Shown here: positions 20,442 to 31,800 of the stretch, one piece after another
How positions within the stretch are numbered: position 1 is the first letter of the stretch
How the letters are laid out: every line of letters starts with the position of its first letter
Notes under the pieces: generated by a model
The model's database searches: none
What the model was told of the DNA's origin: nothing
What the model saw: only the letters and a program-made list of their open reading frames with translations
DNA from: Coleofasciculus chthonoplastes F2-STO-03
GTDB lineage: Bacteria; Cyanobacteriota; Cyanobacteriia; Cyanobacteriales; Coleofasciculaceae
Direction of reading: 5' to 3'
NCBI GenBank assembly: GCA_040222015.1
Contig: JAVJWO010000159.1
Span: 1-64,000 of the forward strand
Length of the DNA: 64,000 nt
Position numbers and translations under genes: made by a program

Positions 20442-20655
20442 TCGCCCCTGCACTGAGACTACAGGTGTTTTGGCTCATCCATGACGGGTGCGATCGCAGA
20501 AATTTTTCTAGTTAACTGCATAAATCGCAAAACCTCATCCTAATAAGTCAGTTAAAGCGTTTGAGGGATTAGAGAGATAGAGCTTCTTGTGGCTTGTATT
20601 GCCACAGCTTTTCCCAGATAGCTCGCCCAAAGTGCATAAATCAAAAAACTCAACC
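20442..20655 (+). repeat. Near-identical copy of the promoter cassette 17372..17601 (motifs at 20517-20547 and degenerate 20633)
   Basis: Direct alignment by eye; differs by a 16-bp internal deletion and a few substitutions. Confidence 0.9.
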
Positions 20656-20773
20656 CAGGATGAGTTCACCTGACTATTGTCCTGAGAAATCCCGTTGACG
20701 ACTTGAACGGGAGCAACAGCTCAATTAACAACAGATGTTCAGTTTGTCCGGTTAGGTCATTAAAGGAGAAAAA

Positions 20774-21172
20774 ATGGATCAAAATAATTCTTCAAAGAGC
20801 GTCATCAGTCTTAGGTTTGAGGCAACTCGACTGGCGGTAATTTCTAAAATTATTGTCTTGATACTTTGGGGAGGTGTATTCGGATACGTTATCTCAAAAG
20901 AGGCGGCAATTGAATTGGAAAAAGCGGAAGCAATTTCAATTAAAAAATGTTCTAAGGAACTATGTATTGAAGAGGTTTTAGCCTATAAAGAGAGCTTATC
21001 CGATAACTCAAATAAGCTAGCTGTGAAGCCTGCTTATGGTATTCCCCTCATGACGGTTTCTGTCAGTATTTTATTAGGATCGTATGAGTTACTTGCCCTA
21101 ATAATCAGACTGGTGATTAAAAAAATAATTACAGTATTTTCTAATCATTCATATTTTATTCGGCGGTCTTGA
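20774..21172 (+). CDS. Hypothetical small membrane protein (2 TM segments)
   Basis: RBS AAGGAG, two hydrophobic segments, AT-rich. Confidence 0.6.
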   Translation: MDQNNSSKSVISLRFEATRLAVISKIIVLILWGGVFGYVISKEAAIELEKAEAISIKKCSKELCIEEVLAYKESLSDNSNKLAVKPAYGIPLMTVSVSILLGSYELLALIIRLVIKKIITVFSNHSYFIRRS

Positions 21173-21392
21173 TACGGTTCAATCGTCTGTTGACTTTACC
21201 CTGAGTGATTTTGTAGAAATCTTAGATCTAACGGGAAGCGCCGCCATTGACGGCACAGGTAACAATCTCAACAACCGCATGACTGGCAACAGTGCGAATA
21301 ATACCCTCAACGGTGATGTCGGTAACAATACTTTCGTTGGTAATCTTGGTGCTGATCGATTCGTAATCGTGCCATATTTTTTTCTGATATGA
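21162..21392 (+). pseudogene. Fragment of an RTX/Ca-binding repeat protein
   Basis: Hand translation GGLDTVQSSVDFTLSDFVEILDLTGSAAIDGTGNNLNNRMTGNSANNTLNGDVGNNTFVGNLGADRFV...*; in-frame stop at 21126-21128 upstream and no ATG/GTG before the homologous segment. Confidence 0.75.
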
Positions 21393-22087
21393 CTCAGCAA
21401 TTTAATTACGATCCTTTGAACCAAAACCAGATAAAACGCTGTATTAATAATGGAGATAGTCTGGTTTGTGGGCAACTTATTAGCCACTTGGAACATCAAC
21501 AGCGAATTGAAAAAATTGCTCGTAAAAATACGAGAGGTACGGCTGTTTCCTGGGAAGATGCTGCCCAAACTGCCCATACAAAAGTGTTTCAAGCTTTAAC
21601 CGCTGGGAAGTTTCGCCAAGGGGGTGTCCAAGACTTCTACCACTGGGCTGCAATGGTCGCTCGTTTTGCGATTATTGACTTAGTTCGTAAAGAAAAAAAA
21701 CAAAACTGTACTAGCTTAGATCAAACCATTCCTGGAACAAATTTACCCTTATTGGAAACGATACCGGATGAGTTTAATTTGCTGGATACTGTAGAACGCA
21801 CTGATTTAGTCAGCCGCGCCATTGATGCAATCTCATTGCTTGACAAACGTCATCAAAATCGGGGTTATAAAATACTCTGGGCTGGTAAATTGAAAGGCAG
21901 AACTCAAGTCCAAATTGCGGCTGATTTAGACTTGAAAACTCAAAGTGCTGTCTCAAAACGTTGGCACGAGTTATTAGAAAGCCTTGCTGAGGAGCTAGGA
22001 TTTTTGCCACCGACAACGATTCAAGCTGAAATCAAAGCAACAAGCGGTAAAAACGTTCAGGGGGGGCGTTCAACTCAAGCTTGGTGA
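21389..22087 (+). CDS. ECF-like sigma-70 family factor
   Basis: WEDAAQ, FYHWAAMVARFAIIDLVRK (region 2), SLDQ, TQVQIAADL..TQSAVSKR (region 4). Confidence 0.85.
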   Translation: MTQQFNYDPLNQNQIKRCINNGDSLVCGQLISHLEHQQRIEKIARKNTRGTAVSWEDAAQTAHTKVFQALTAGKFRQGGVQDFYHWAAMVARFAIIDLVRKEKKQNCTSLDQTIPGTNLPLLETIPDEFNLLDTVERTDLVSRAIDAISLLDKRHQNRGYKILWAGKLKGRTQVQIAADLDLKTQSAVSKRWHELLESLAEELGFLPPTTIQAEIKATSGKNVQGGRSTQAW

Positions 22088-22209
22088 ACTCAATCAGTCA
22101 TACTAAATCTGCCTTTATTACCCCCTTTTGCCACGGTGATTGAAATCGCTGCTACACAAACATAGGCGAAGCCTTCACGAAGGGTAGTCCACCTGCGCGG
22201 ACTGGTTTA

Positions 22210-22316
22210 TATAGCAACCGCCATAGCGGTTAGGACACATCATTTAGTAGAGACGTTCCGCCGGAGGAGTCTCTACAACAGTTCGGAACGTCTTAATCGA
22301 TGTGTCTACTGCTATA
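22210..22316. repeat. MITE-like element with TATAGCA...TGCTATA ends; inverted sister copy at 47527..47635
   Basis: Both arms match the reverse complement of the 47.5 kb copy; internal GTAGAGAC...GTCTCTAC hairpin. Confidence 0.8.
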
Positions 22317-22423
22317 ACAGGGATAGCTAACCCGGATTTGGGATTAAATCCTGCTGCTGTTGATTGGCATGCGAGAAACTTCGCTTGGGCAAAAAAATAG
22401 TTTCAGTTTTTCACCTTGGTTTT

Positions 22424-22453
22424 GGAATAATCTCCACAGTTTATTCGTTACTA
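22424..22453 (+). promoter_or_regulatory. Possible ECF-type promoter GGAATA-N16-CGTTACTA
   Basis: Resembles the generic ECF GGAA(C/T).../CGT consensus; ~60 bp upstream of the 22511 ORF, downstream of the second sigma gene. Confidence 0.45.
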
Positions 22454-22510
22454 ATATTGGAACAAATGAAAAGCTGTTCCCAACAAAAAAATTAAGCAAA
22501 GCAAAAGGAG

Positions 22511-22867
22511 TTGAAAATGGCTAGATCCGATTTCAATTGGATTCCTATCGGTCACAAATTCACTGTAGCAGCACCTTCAGTCAGTAAGAACTTCCCCATC
22601 GAAGGGAGTCAAAAACCAATCGATGATGCGTACCTACTTGTCCAGGTTCGAGGTGTTTCAAAATCTACACACAGTATCCGAATCAACGACGTAGAGCTAG
22701 GAGGTTTCGACATTCCACCTGCTCCCGGTAATTCCCAGGCTTGGCTGCTGTGGATGGATCATATTCCACCTAAGCTTCTCAAATCGGGGACAAACGAGAT
22801 TACAATTACACGCCAAGGAGACGACAACTTTGAAATTAACGCCGTAGTCGTGAACTGGAGAGAGTAA
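22511..22867 (+). CDS. Hypothetical beta-rich protein (start may be ATG 22517)
   Basis: RBS AAGGAG; LKSGTNEITI jelly-roll-like motif. Confidence 0.65.
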   Translation: MKMARSDFNWIPIGHKFTVAAPSVSKNFPIEGSQKPIDDAYLLVQVRGVSKSTHSIRINDVELGGFDIPPAPGNSQAWLLWMDHIPPKLLKSGTNEITITRQGDDNFEINAVVVNWRE

Positions 22868-22991
22868 AACTATTAACCAATACGGCTCGGTAAAGAACAC
22901 TCGATAAGAATGAAACCCTAAAAATATTGTGGTATTCATTCTCTAAAAAGGCTTATCCGAGCCGTCTTGAATAGGTCGTCTTGATCAAAAT

Positions 22992-23080
22992 AGGACTTAC
23001 GCAAAGCCTTTATGTGTAGGGTGTGTTAGCGCAGCGTAACGCACCTTTCCCGCCATGTATGGTGTAGCTGCGTAAGTCCT
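22992..23080. repeat. MITE-like element with AGGACTTACGCA terminal inverted repeats
   Basis: Perfect 12-bp inverted ends. Confidence 0.75.
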
Positions 23081-23351
23081 GAAAATGAAATAGAGCGTCG
23101 GTCAAGTATTCCTAGAAACCCGGTTGCTCGTGAGGATGACAACGCCAATCAACCTTTTACCCAAAGAAACCCGGTTTTTTGACCGATGTTCTAATTAAAG
23201 ATTTGCCCATAGGTAACCGAGAAGTAATGCTTTAGGTAAATCGTCGAAGATTTAAGTGTGATAATTCAGTGAAAACTTCCCCAAAAAACATTTTTACCCA
23301 TCCTCAAAAAAATGTGGCAAAATTATAGGCATATTTAGGGGAAATCAGGTT

Positions 23352-26300
23352 ATGAACATCCGCTACGTGTCCATTTGCTGGTTACCTGAATTATTTTCTG
23401 TTGCGAGAATAATTGCTCTAGGCATGGTTACGCTTCACTCCATGTCTCCGGTTCAGGCGCAATCGATTACCCAGGCAGAGGATGGTACGGGTACTGTGGT
23501 GACGATTAATGGCAATCAGTTTGATATTTCTGGCGGTTCTCTATCGGAGGATGGGGCAAACCTGTTCCAGAGTTTCCAGGATTTTGGGCTTTCTGCCCAT
23601 GAGATGGCTAATTTTCTCTCTACACCAGATATTCAAAATATTTTGGGGCGCGTGGTGGGCGGGAATGCTTCAATTATTGATGGATTGATTCAGGTGACGG
23701 GGGGAAGCGCCAATTTATTTTTCATGAATCCGGCAGGGATCGTGTTTGGTGCGAATTCTCGGTTAAATGTGATGGGGGATTTTACTGCCACCACCGCTAC
23801 GGGAATTGGCTTTGGCGATAACCTTTGGTTTAATGCGTTTGGTGATAATAACTACCAAACGTTAATTGGGAATCCCAGTCAGTTTGCCTTTAATTGGGCG
23901 GAGTCGGGCAGTATTGTTAATGCTGGGGATTTAGCTGTTACACAAGGGCAGAATTTAACCTTACTGGGTGGCACAGTTGTGAACACTGGAGAAATCACCG
24001 CACCGGGAGGAACGATTACCATCGCTGCTGTACCCGGAGAGAACGTAGTCCGAATTAGTCAACCGGGACAGGTGTTGAGTTTGGAGATTGAACCGCGACA
24101 GGATAGTACGGGGCAAATGCTACCCCTGAATCCCTTGGATTTAGCTGCATTACTCACCGGAGAAGAAACCGAAACGGTGGAAACAGGGTTGAGTGTGACT
24201 CCAACTCAACAGGTGCAGTTAACCGAATCCGGGATAACCATACCCCAAGAAGCTGGGACAGCGATTGTTTCGGGCAGTCTGAATGTGTCGGATGTCGCAG
24301 CAGAAGGCAATACCCTTTCATCTGGGATGGGCGGTAATGTTAATGTTTTAGGCGATAACGTGGGACTCTTTGCTGCTACTATCGACGCTTCTGGGATGGG
24401 GGGTGGTGGCAAAGTCCATATTGGTGGAGATTATCAAGGACAGGATACCCTACCCCGTGCAAGACAAACCCTAGTCAGTGCCGATTCGACAATTACCACC
24501 GATGGCGTTTCCTCGGAGTCTGGGACAACAGTAGATGGGGGTGAAGTGGTTCTCTGGTCCGATGAACTCACCCGCTTCTACGGTATCGTCAGCGCCCGTG
24601 GGGGAGAAGCTGGGGGAGATGGGGGATTAGTGGAAGTGTCGGGGAAAGAATTGCTGATTTTTACGGGTTTTGTCGATGCTGGAGCATCACAGGGTCAACC
24701 GGGGACATTGCTGCTCGACCCAAAAACGATTACGATAAGAGACCCGAATACTCCCTTGGCTACCTTTCTCAATCCCGAACCTGTAGCAGATGGCAGATTC
24801 GGCACCTCAGTCGCCACCGTGGGCAGCGATATCCTGATTGGCGCTTTTCTTAACACCTCCGGGGGATTCGAGGATGCGGGGCAAGCCTTTTTATTTAACT
24901 CAACAGGAACTCTGCTGCAAACCTTCGACAATCCCCAACCTTTAGTTGGTGGCAACTTTGGCATATCAGTAGCCGCCACGGGCAGCGACATCCTGATTGG
25001 CGCTAGGGGTAACACCTCTGGGGGAGTCACTAGAGCAGGGCAAGCCTTTTTGTTTAATCCAACAGGAACTCTGCTACAAACCTTCGACAATCCCCAACCT
25101 GTAGGTGGTGCTAGATTCGGTAGATCAGTAGCCGGAGTAGGTCCCGATATTATGATTGGCGCAGAGGGTAACACCTCCGGGGGATTCGAGGATGCAGGAC
25201 AAGCTTTTTTATTTAACCCAACAGGAACTCTGCTGCAAACCTTCGACAATCCTCAACCTGTAGTTGGTGGCCACTTTGGCTTCTCATTCGCTGCCGTGGG
25301 TAGCAACATCCTGATTGGCGCTCCTTTGAACACCTCTGGGGGATTCGAGGATGCAGGGCAAGCTTTTTTGTTTGCTCGTGACGGTGGTAACAGTGGTGTG
25401 GGATTCAGTTTTACTGACAATTCCGCTGAATCCGTGAACATTGCCCCTAGCACCATCACTGCAATTACCAACACAGGTACTGATGTGACGATGCAAGCCA
25501 ATACGGACATTATCGTGGAGCAACCAATTTTCACCAACAATCCTAATGGAAATGGTGGTGGACTCACCTTCCAAGCAGGGCGCAGTATTTTCGTTAATTC
25601 CTCTATCTCCACCGATAATGGAAACCTCACTCTAATTGCCAACGAAACGGCTGCCAATGGAGTGATTAATGCTTTTCGTGACCCCGGTCAAGCGGTTATC
25701 TCCATCGCCCCTGAAGCCACACTCAATTCGGGTACAGGCGATACAACCTTAATTCTCGGTACAGGTGATGGTTTAACAAATAATACCAGTGGCGATATGA
25801 CAGCCAGTACTATCACAGGTGGAAATATTACTCTGATTAATGATCGAGGCGGGATTAACACGAGTACCGGACTACTTCGTGCGGAAAGTAATGGGACTGG
25901 CGGCACTATTACCCTGCAAGCGGCTGGTCAAATTAACACCAATGGCATCATCGCTAGCGGCGAAAACGGTCAGGGGGGAACAATTAATCTAAATAGCGAC
26001 AGCGATATTACTACAGCCATTCTCAACGTTTCTGGAAACACTGATGGCGGTAACGTCACGCTCAATACAGGGGGTAACATTACCACCGAAAATATCCTAT
26101 CCAGTGGCGTCACCAACAATGGTGGAGAGATTCGCCTCATCAGTGGCGATGAAATCACCACAGACATTATTAGCTCTTTAAGTAATAACACAGGCGGCAC
26201 TATCACTCTCCAAGCGGCTAACAGCATTACCACAGATAGTATCAATGCCAATGGATTCAATGGTGATGGTGGAGAGATAAACCTCACCAGTGATAATGGT

Positions 26301-28427
26301 CATATTACCGCTGCCCTAGTCACGACTTTCGGCAATGAAAATGGTGGCAATATCAGCCTCAATGCCGCAGAAAATATTACCAGCAACAGTATTTTATCTA
26401 GTGGTGGCAATGGGGATGGAGGTCCGATTGACCTCGATAGCGGTGGTTCCATTACTATCCTCGATGAAAGCCTGACTATCAGAAGCGGTATCGGCTCTTT
26501 TTCTGGCAATGGTAATGGCGGCAATATTACCCTCAATGCTGCCACAACCATCAATACAGGTTCCCTACCCATCGTCTCCAATTCAGCTATTAGCAATGGG
26601 GGTAAAATTACCCTCAATGCCGATAATGGCGATATTACCGTCGCGGGTATTAACACCGAAGGCGGTATTGCTGGCACAGGCGGCGCTGTAGAAATCACTA
26701 CCCCCAGCTTCTTCCGCGCCACTGATTCTTTTCCAAATCTTAATGGCACAACCGCCAGCATTTCCACAGGTGGTGTCACCGCAGGGGGTACAATTACGAT
26801 TCGTCACGGCGGCGCAGGTGTCACCCCCTTTATTGTCGGTGATGCCAGCACCAATGGTACAGCCGAGGCAATTACCACAGGCAATACCCTACCCGAACAA
26901 ACGATTTCCCCCACTGTCGAATTTCCCTACACCCACACCCAAGACGGCATTCAAATTATCTCCGTCCCCGCCCCCGGTTCTGACCCAGAACCCCCCTCTC
27001 CACCCTCTGTACCACTGGGGTCAGACCGCCCCTCTGATTCCCCCAGCGACGCCCAAAGGGATTTAGCCTTCCTCATTGGCGATATTGTCGGTGCTGAAAC
27101 TTCAGTCAACCAAGACCCCCTCACAGGGGAATCTAGCTTTGTTTGGCAGGTTCCTGGTACAGGAAACCTAGACACTGGACGCATCAATATCCCCACCTTA
27201 CTGACGCAAAACCTCAATGATGCCATTCCCGCCATTGACGACCTATTTGAAGCAGAATACGAAGACTATTTCGGTGAAGACATTGCCAACGAAGAAGGCA
27301 GCGTCGAAACCATTCGCAATACCCTGAAAACCATCAATGCCGAAACTGGAACCAATCCGGTTATCGTCTATGCAATTTCCCTACCCGACCAATTGGAACT
27401 GGTGATGGTCGTTCCCGAAGGTCCCCCCATCCGCAAAACCGTTCCCGCCGCTAATCGTACCGCTTTCCAGGAAAAACTTACCGACTTCTACGGTGCTGTC
27501 ATTAACGTTACCATCTCTCAAGCCTCTCTAAAGAATTCGGCGCAGCAACTCTATACCTGGATGATTGCACCCTTAGAACCTGATCTAGAAGCTTTAGGTA
27601 TCGACACCCTCATCTTTTCCATGGACGCGGGTTTACGCACCATCCCCATGGCGGCGTTACACGACGGGGAGAAGTTTCTGATTGAAAAATACGCCATTGG
27701 TTCCATCCCCAGCATCAGCCTGACCAATACCCGCTACAATCCGATTAAAGATGCCCCAGTTCTAGCCATGGGCGCCTCTGAATTCACTGACAAAAATTCC
27801 TTACCGGCTGTCCCCATTGAACTGGAAACGATTACCCAAAACGTCTGGTCAGGGGACGCTTACCTCAATGACCAATTCACCCTCCAGAATCTGCAAACTC
27901 AGCGCCAACAAAAGCCCTGGAAAATCATCCACCTTGCTAGTCATGCGGATTTCCAAGCAGGAGACCCCAGCAATTCCTACATTCAGCTTTGGGACACGAA
28001 ACTGCAACTTGACCAAATGCGGCAACTGGGTTGGCATCAAGCGCCCCAAGTAGACCTGTTGGTATTAAGTGCCTGTCGTACTGCTTTTGGTAGTGTGGAT
28101 GCGGAGTTAGGCTTTGCCGGATTAGCGGTAAAAGCTGGGGTCAAGTCAGCGTTAGCCAGTCTTTGGTATGTTGATGATGGCGGTGCTTTTGCTTTAATGA
28201 GTGGATTTTATCACCAATTGGGTCAGCCGGATGTGACGATTAAAGCCGAGGCACTGCGACGCGCCCAACTTGCCTTGCTGCGAGGAGAGTTGCGTATGGA
28301 ATCAGGTGAATTGCAGGGGTTGGGAGAGGGAAAAACTATTCCTGTTGCGCCGGGATTGCCAAAAAATCAAAATTTCTCTCATCCTTATTATTGGGCTGCG
28401 TTTACCATAATTGGTAGTCCTTGGTAA
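23352..28427 (+). CDS. Filamentous haemagglutinin N-terminal (TPS) domain protein with FG-GAP-like repeats and C-terminal CHAT protease
   Basis: Signal peptide; NLFQSF..F and NLFFMNPAGIVFG TPS motifs; four ~54-aa FG.SVA..G.DILIGA repeats; IHLASH and VLSAC dyad; HPYYWAAF. Confidence 0.9.
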   Translation: MNIRYVSICWLPELFSVARIIALGMVTLHSMSPVQAQSITQAEDGTGTVVTINGNQFDISGGSLSEDGANLFQSFQDFGLSAHEMANFLSTPDIQNILGRVVGGNASIIDGLIQVTGGSANLFFMNPAGIVFGANSRLNVMGDFTATTATGIGFGDNLWFNAFGDNNYQTLIGNPSQFAFNWAESGSIVNAGDLAVTQGQNLTLLGGTVVNTGEITAPGGTITIAAVPGENVVRISQPGQVLSLEIEPRQDSTGQMLPLNPLDLAALLTGEETETVETGLSVTPTQQVQLTESGITIPQEAGTAIVSGSLNVSDVAAEGNTLSSGMGGNVNVLGDNVGLFAATIDASGMGGGGKVHIGGDYQGQDTLPRARQTLVSADSTITTDGVSSESGTTVDGGEVVLWSDELTRFYGIVSARGGEAGGDGGLVEVSGKELLIFTGFVDAGASQGQPGTLLLDPKTITIRDPNTPLATFLNPEPVADGRFGTSVATVGSDILIGAFLNTSGGFEDAGQAFLFNSTGTLLQTFDNPQPLVGGNFGISVAATGSDILIGARGNTSGGVTRAGQAFLFNPTGTLLQTFDNPQPVGGARFGRSVAGVGPDIMIGAEGNTSGGFEDAGQAFLFNPTGTLLQTFDNPQPVVGGHFGFSFAAVGSNILIGAPLNTSGGFEDAGQAFLFARDGGNSGVGFSFTDNSAESVNIAPSTITAITNTGTDVTMQANTDIIVEQPIFTNNPNGNGGGLTFQAGRSIFVNSSISTDNGNLTLIANETAANGVINAFRDPGQAVISIAPEATLNSGTGDTTLILGTGDGLTNNTSGDMTASTITGGNITLINDRGGINTSTGLLRAESNGTGGTITLQAAGQINTNGIIASGENGQGGTINLNSDSDITTAILNVSGNTDGGNVTLNTGGNITTENILSSGVTNNGGEIRLISGDEITTDIISSLSNNTGGTITLQAANSITTDSINANGFNGDGGEINLTSDNGHITAALVTTFGNENGGNISLNAAENITSNSILSSGGNGDGGPIDLDSGGSITILDESLTIRSGIGSFSGNGNGGNITLNAATTINTGSLPIVSNSAISNGGKITLNADNGDITVAGINTEGGIAGTGGAVEITTPSFFRATDSFPNLNGTTASISTGGVTAGGTITIRHGGAGVTPFIVGDASTNGTAEAITTGNTLPEQTISPTVEFPYTHTQDGIQIISVPAPGSDPEPPSPPSVPLGSDRPSDSPSDAQRDLAFLIGDIVGAETSVNQDPLTGESSFVWQVPGTGNLDTGRINIPTLLTQNLNDAIPAIDDLFEAEYEDYFGEDIANEEGSVETIRNTLKTINAETGTNPVIVYAISLPDQLELVMVVPEGPPIRKTVPAANRTAFQEKLTDFYGAVINVTISQASLKNSAQQLYTWMIAPLEPDLEALGIDTLIFSMDAGLRTIPMAALHDGEKFLIEKYAIGSIPSISLTNTRYNPIKDAPVLAMGASEFTDKNSLPAVPIELETITQNVWSGDAYLNDQFTLQNLQTQRQQKPWKIIHLASHADFQAGDPSNSYIQLWDTKLQLDQMRQLGWHQAPQVDLLVLSACRTAFGSVDAELGFAGLAVKAGVKSALASLWYVDDGGAFALMSGFYHQLGQPDVTIKAEALRRAQLALLRGELRMESGELQGLGEGKTIPVAPGLPKNQNFSHPYYWAAFTIIGSPW

Positions 28428-28864
28428 TTAACTGGACTTTGGACAAAAGGAAAGGGGGTTGAGCGCTCAAATCACTACGGAATAAGGCTTGACGCTGGGC
28501 AAGAGTACATCCGCACGGGGGAACTTCAGATTAAGGCTCCAAGGCAGAGCCAGCAGAGGTGATTGGCGATCGCGGTTTGTTTGCTGGTCGTGCGATCGCG
28601 TGACCTCAACCGTCTCTATCCTCAACCTTAGACTCCTTTGTAATATCATGTCCGGTTGAATACTCACCCCAAAACTCACCAGCCGCTTTCCCATCCCGAT
28701 TGTGTCCTGCTTAACCAAAAGCTTATGAGTGTCGGTCAACTATTTTACAAATATCCAGTATCAGTATTAGTACCTAGCTAAAAAGATACTGCATATCCTT
28801 ACTCTCGATCAGAGATAAATAAGCTAAAAGTTATCTATACTTTCCCTCAATGGAAGACGAAACG

Positions 28865-31800
28865 ATGCGTATACATCTCACCCACCTCAGCTTTGCCACA
28901 CTACTGCTTTGGGGAATCGGTGTCTGTTTACCACCAACCCTCAGTCTCTCGCCTGTAGTCGCCCAGGCACAAACGACTCACGAGCAGGAAACTCAAGCCG
29001 ATCGCTTATTCCAAACTGGCACTGAGCAATTTCGCCAAGGTCAGTTAAAACAAGCCTTACAAACCTATCAGCAAGCCCTAACCATTCATCGAGAACAGGG
29101 CAACCCTCTTCCGGAAGCCGAAACCCTTAACCAGTTAGGAGAAGTTTACAACGGATTGAGTCAATATACTCAAGCACAGGAGGTTTTACAGCAAGCCTTA
29201 ACCATTTTTCGTCAGCAGCAGCATTCCCTGGGGGAAGGGTTGGCTCTGAATCATCTGGGCGAAAGTTACCGCAATTTGGGACAATTGCAAACTGCTCTCA
29301 AGCATCATGAGCAAGCCTTGGCAATCATGGGACAGTTGGATAATCGTACCCAAGAAGCTGCAACTCTCCATAACATCGCCTCAGTTTACGAAATTCAAGG
29401 ACAGTACGAAAACGCTATCAAGTTCTACGAGCAAGCTTTAGCAATTCAGCGCAAGGAGAAGGATCGGTTGGGAGAAGGAAGAAGCCTGATTGGACTGGGG
29501 AATACTTACATCCACTGGAAACGGTATCAAAATTCTTTGCAGAATGCAGACAAAGACTTAAAGCTCTATCAAGATGCTCTCCAGGCTTACGAACAAGCCT
29601 TAGTTATTATGCGTGAACTAGGTGATTCGCCTCAGGGTGACAACTACGCTGCACGGGTTGGTGAAAGCTGGAGTCTCAATGGGTTGGGTATGGCTTACGC
29701 CTCCCTAAACACAACAGATGCCGAAGATGTTTTGAAGTTCTATGAGCAAGCCTTAGTCATTATGCGCGAGGTCGGAAATCGGGCTGGGGAAGCTACGGTT
29801 TTGTTTAATATTGGCAGAGATCAGCGCTTTCAGGGTCAATTTGACCGCTTCGGAGAAAGCCAATTTGACCCTCTATTTGACCCCATCAGAGAATATCGAC
29901 AGATTTCGTTGGACTTTTATGAGCAAGCTTTAGCGATTGTGCGGGAGATTGGTTATCGTCCTTTAGAAGCAGAAATCCTTAAAAAGCTTGGGGATCGGGG
30001 GGAAAAGTGGGAAATAAAGCTGGAATTTTACCAGCAGGCTTTCACCGTGGTACGTGAGGTTAGAAATAGTCCTTTAACGGACATCATCCTGAGGAATATT
30101 TCCCGAAGCTACAATGCGCTGGGATACCTTCAAACCGCTCAGGAGTATCGTGAACAAGCGTTGGCAATCAGACGAGAACTGGGTATTAAGGAAGATCCAA
30201 GTCCTTGGCAAGGAGCTACCCTGGTTACTTATAGAAAAGTAAACGATAAATTGACGTTGGTGACGAGGCTGGAAGGAGAAGCTGTAATCTACTATGAACA
30301 GGGAGATGCTCACGCCAATCGCCAACGATACCAAGCGGCTTTGGAGTCTTACCAGCAAGCTTTGACAATTGTGCGCCAACAAGGAAACCGTTCTTGGGAA
30401 TGGGTAATTCTCAACCAGATAGGGAAAGCTTACCAAGGATTGGAACAACTCCAACCTGCCTTAGCCGCCTATCAGCAAAGCGTAGTAATCAGGCGAGAGG
30501 TGTATAAACAGGCTCAACAAGAACCCATTCCCTATACGATTCGGGTAGCCAATCTTGTTCATTCAGTGAGTCGTAATTATACTGTAGAAGGAATCCTCCT
30601 AGAGGAGGCAATTTCTAATGGAGTGATTCGGCTAGGAGAAGGAGAGCCGATTACTACTCCTATTAAGATTACTGAAGGATTAACAGTTACGGCTGGGTGG
30701 CGAGATAGTTCAGATTTCTCTTTACAAAACGAAGAAGAAGAAACCCTGACTAATCTTGGGGATATTTACCAAATGCTAGGACAGTACCAAGCGGCATTAA
30801 AGCCTTACGAAGAAGCTTTGGCAATTGTCCGGGAAGAGACGGATGGTAATTATCACGAGCAGGGACAAATCATCTTTAAGCAGATGGGAAAAGTTTACGA
30901 AAAGTTGGGACAACACCAAGCTGCTCTAGAGTCCTATCAGCAAGCTTTAAAAATTGCAAACGGTGAAAACGCTCATCAAGGGCAAATAGACCAAATCCCT
31001 ATTTTGCTCACTCAGATTGGCAAAGCTTATGAAACCTTAGAACAGTACCAAGCGGCACTAGAATCCTACCAGAAAGCTCTAAAAATTGCACAGGAAAATA
31101 GAATACAATATCGCATTAAAGAAACAGGATATCGTCAGGCTGGTATCGCTTACGAAAAGCCTAATGAAGAGGTAATTCTGAATAGTATTGGGACAGTTTA
31201 CGAAAAGCTAGGACAACCTCAACTTGCCCAGGACTATCGAGAACAAGCCTTTACATTCAAACGGAACATGGGCAACCCTCCTGAGGAGATAACGATTGGG
31301 AAGGCAATTCTACTGACTGAAATTGGCAAAAATGAGAACCAACAAACCCTTGTCCAAGTACACAGGCTTGAAGGAGAAAGTGCCACCCTTGTTGCGGCTG
31401 GAAATACTGCAAATAATCAAGCGGCTTTGGAGTCTTACCAGCAAGCCTTGGCAATCGTCCGCCAACAAAGCAACCGTCCTTGGGAGGGGATAATCCTCCA
31501 TCTAATCGGTTCAGTTTACGAGAAACGAGGACAAAATCAAGCAGCACTAGAGTCTTATCAACAAGCCCTAGCATTCATTCAGGAGATAGATAACCATCCT
31601 GGAGAACAGGCAACTCTCCTGATGCTTTATGGAGGGGGTGCTGGTGATATCATCGATATTCGCTCGGAGTCCGGTAAAGTCACAACTTTTAATCGGGCAG
31701 GTGGAGTGATTTTATGGACACCGGAAGCAGAAGAACTCTTAATTAAGATCGGAGATTCTTATAAATCCATAGGACAAAACCAAGCGGCATTAAAGTCTTA

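Noticed and set aside
20288..20515. Short ORFs over the promoter cassettes (also 34248..34577 on the minus strand)
   Set aside because: They overlap duplicated regulatory DNA and show no protein features
24206..27235. Many antisense ORFs inside the haemagglutinin gene (similarly 42739-43884 inside the LRR gene)
   Set aside because: Shadow frames of repetitive coding sequence
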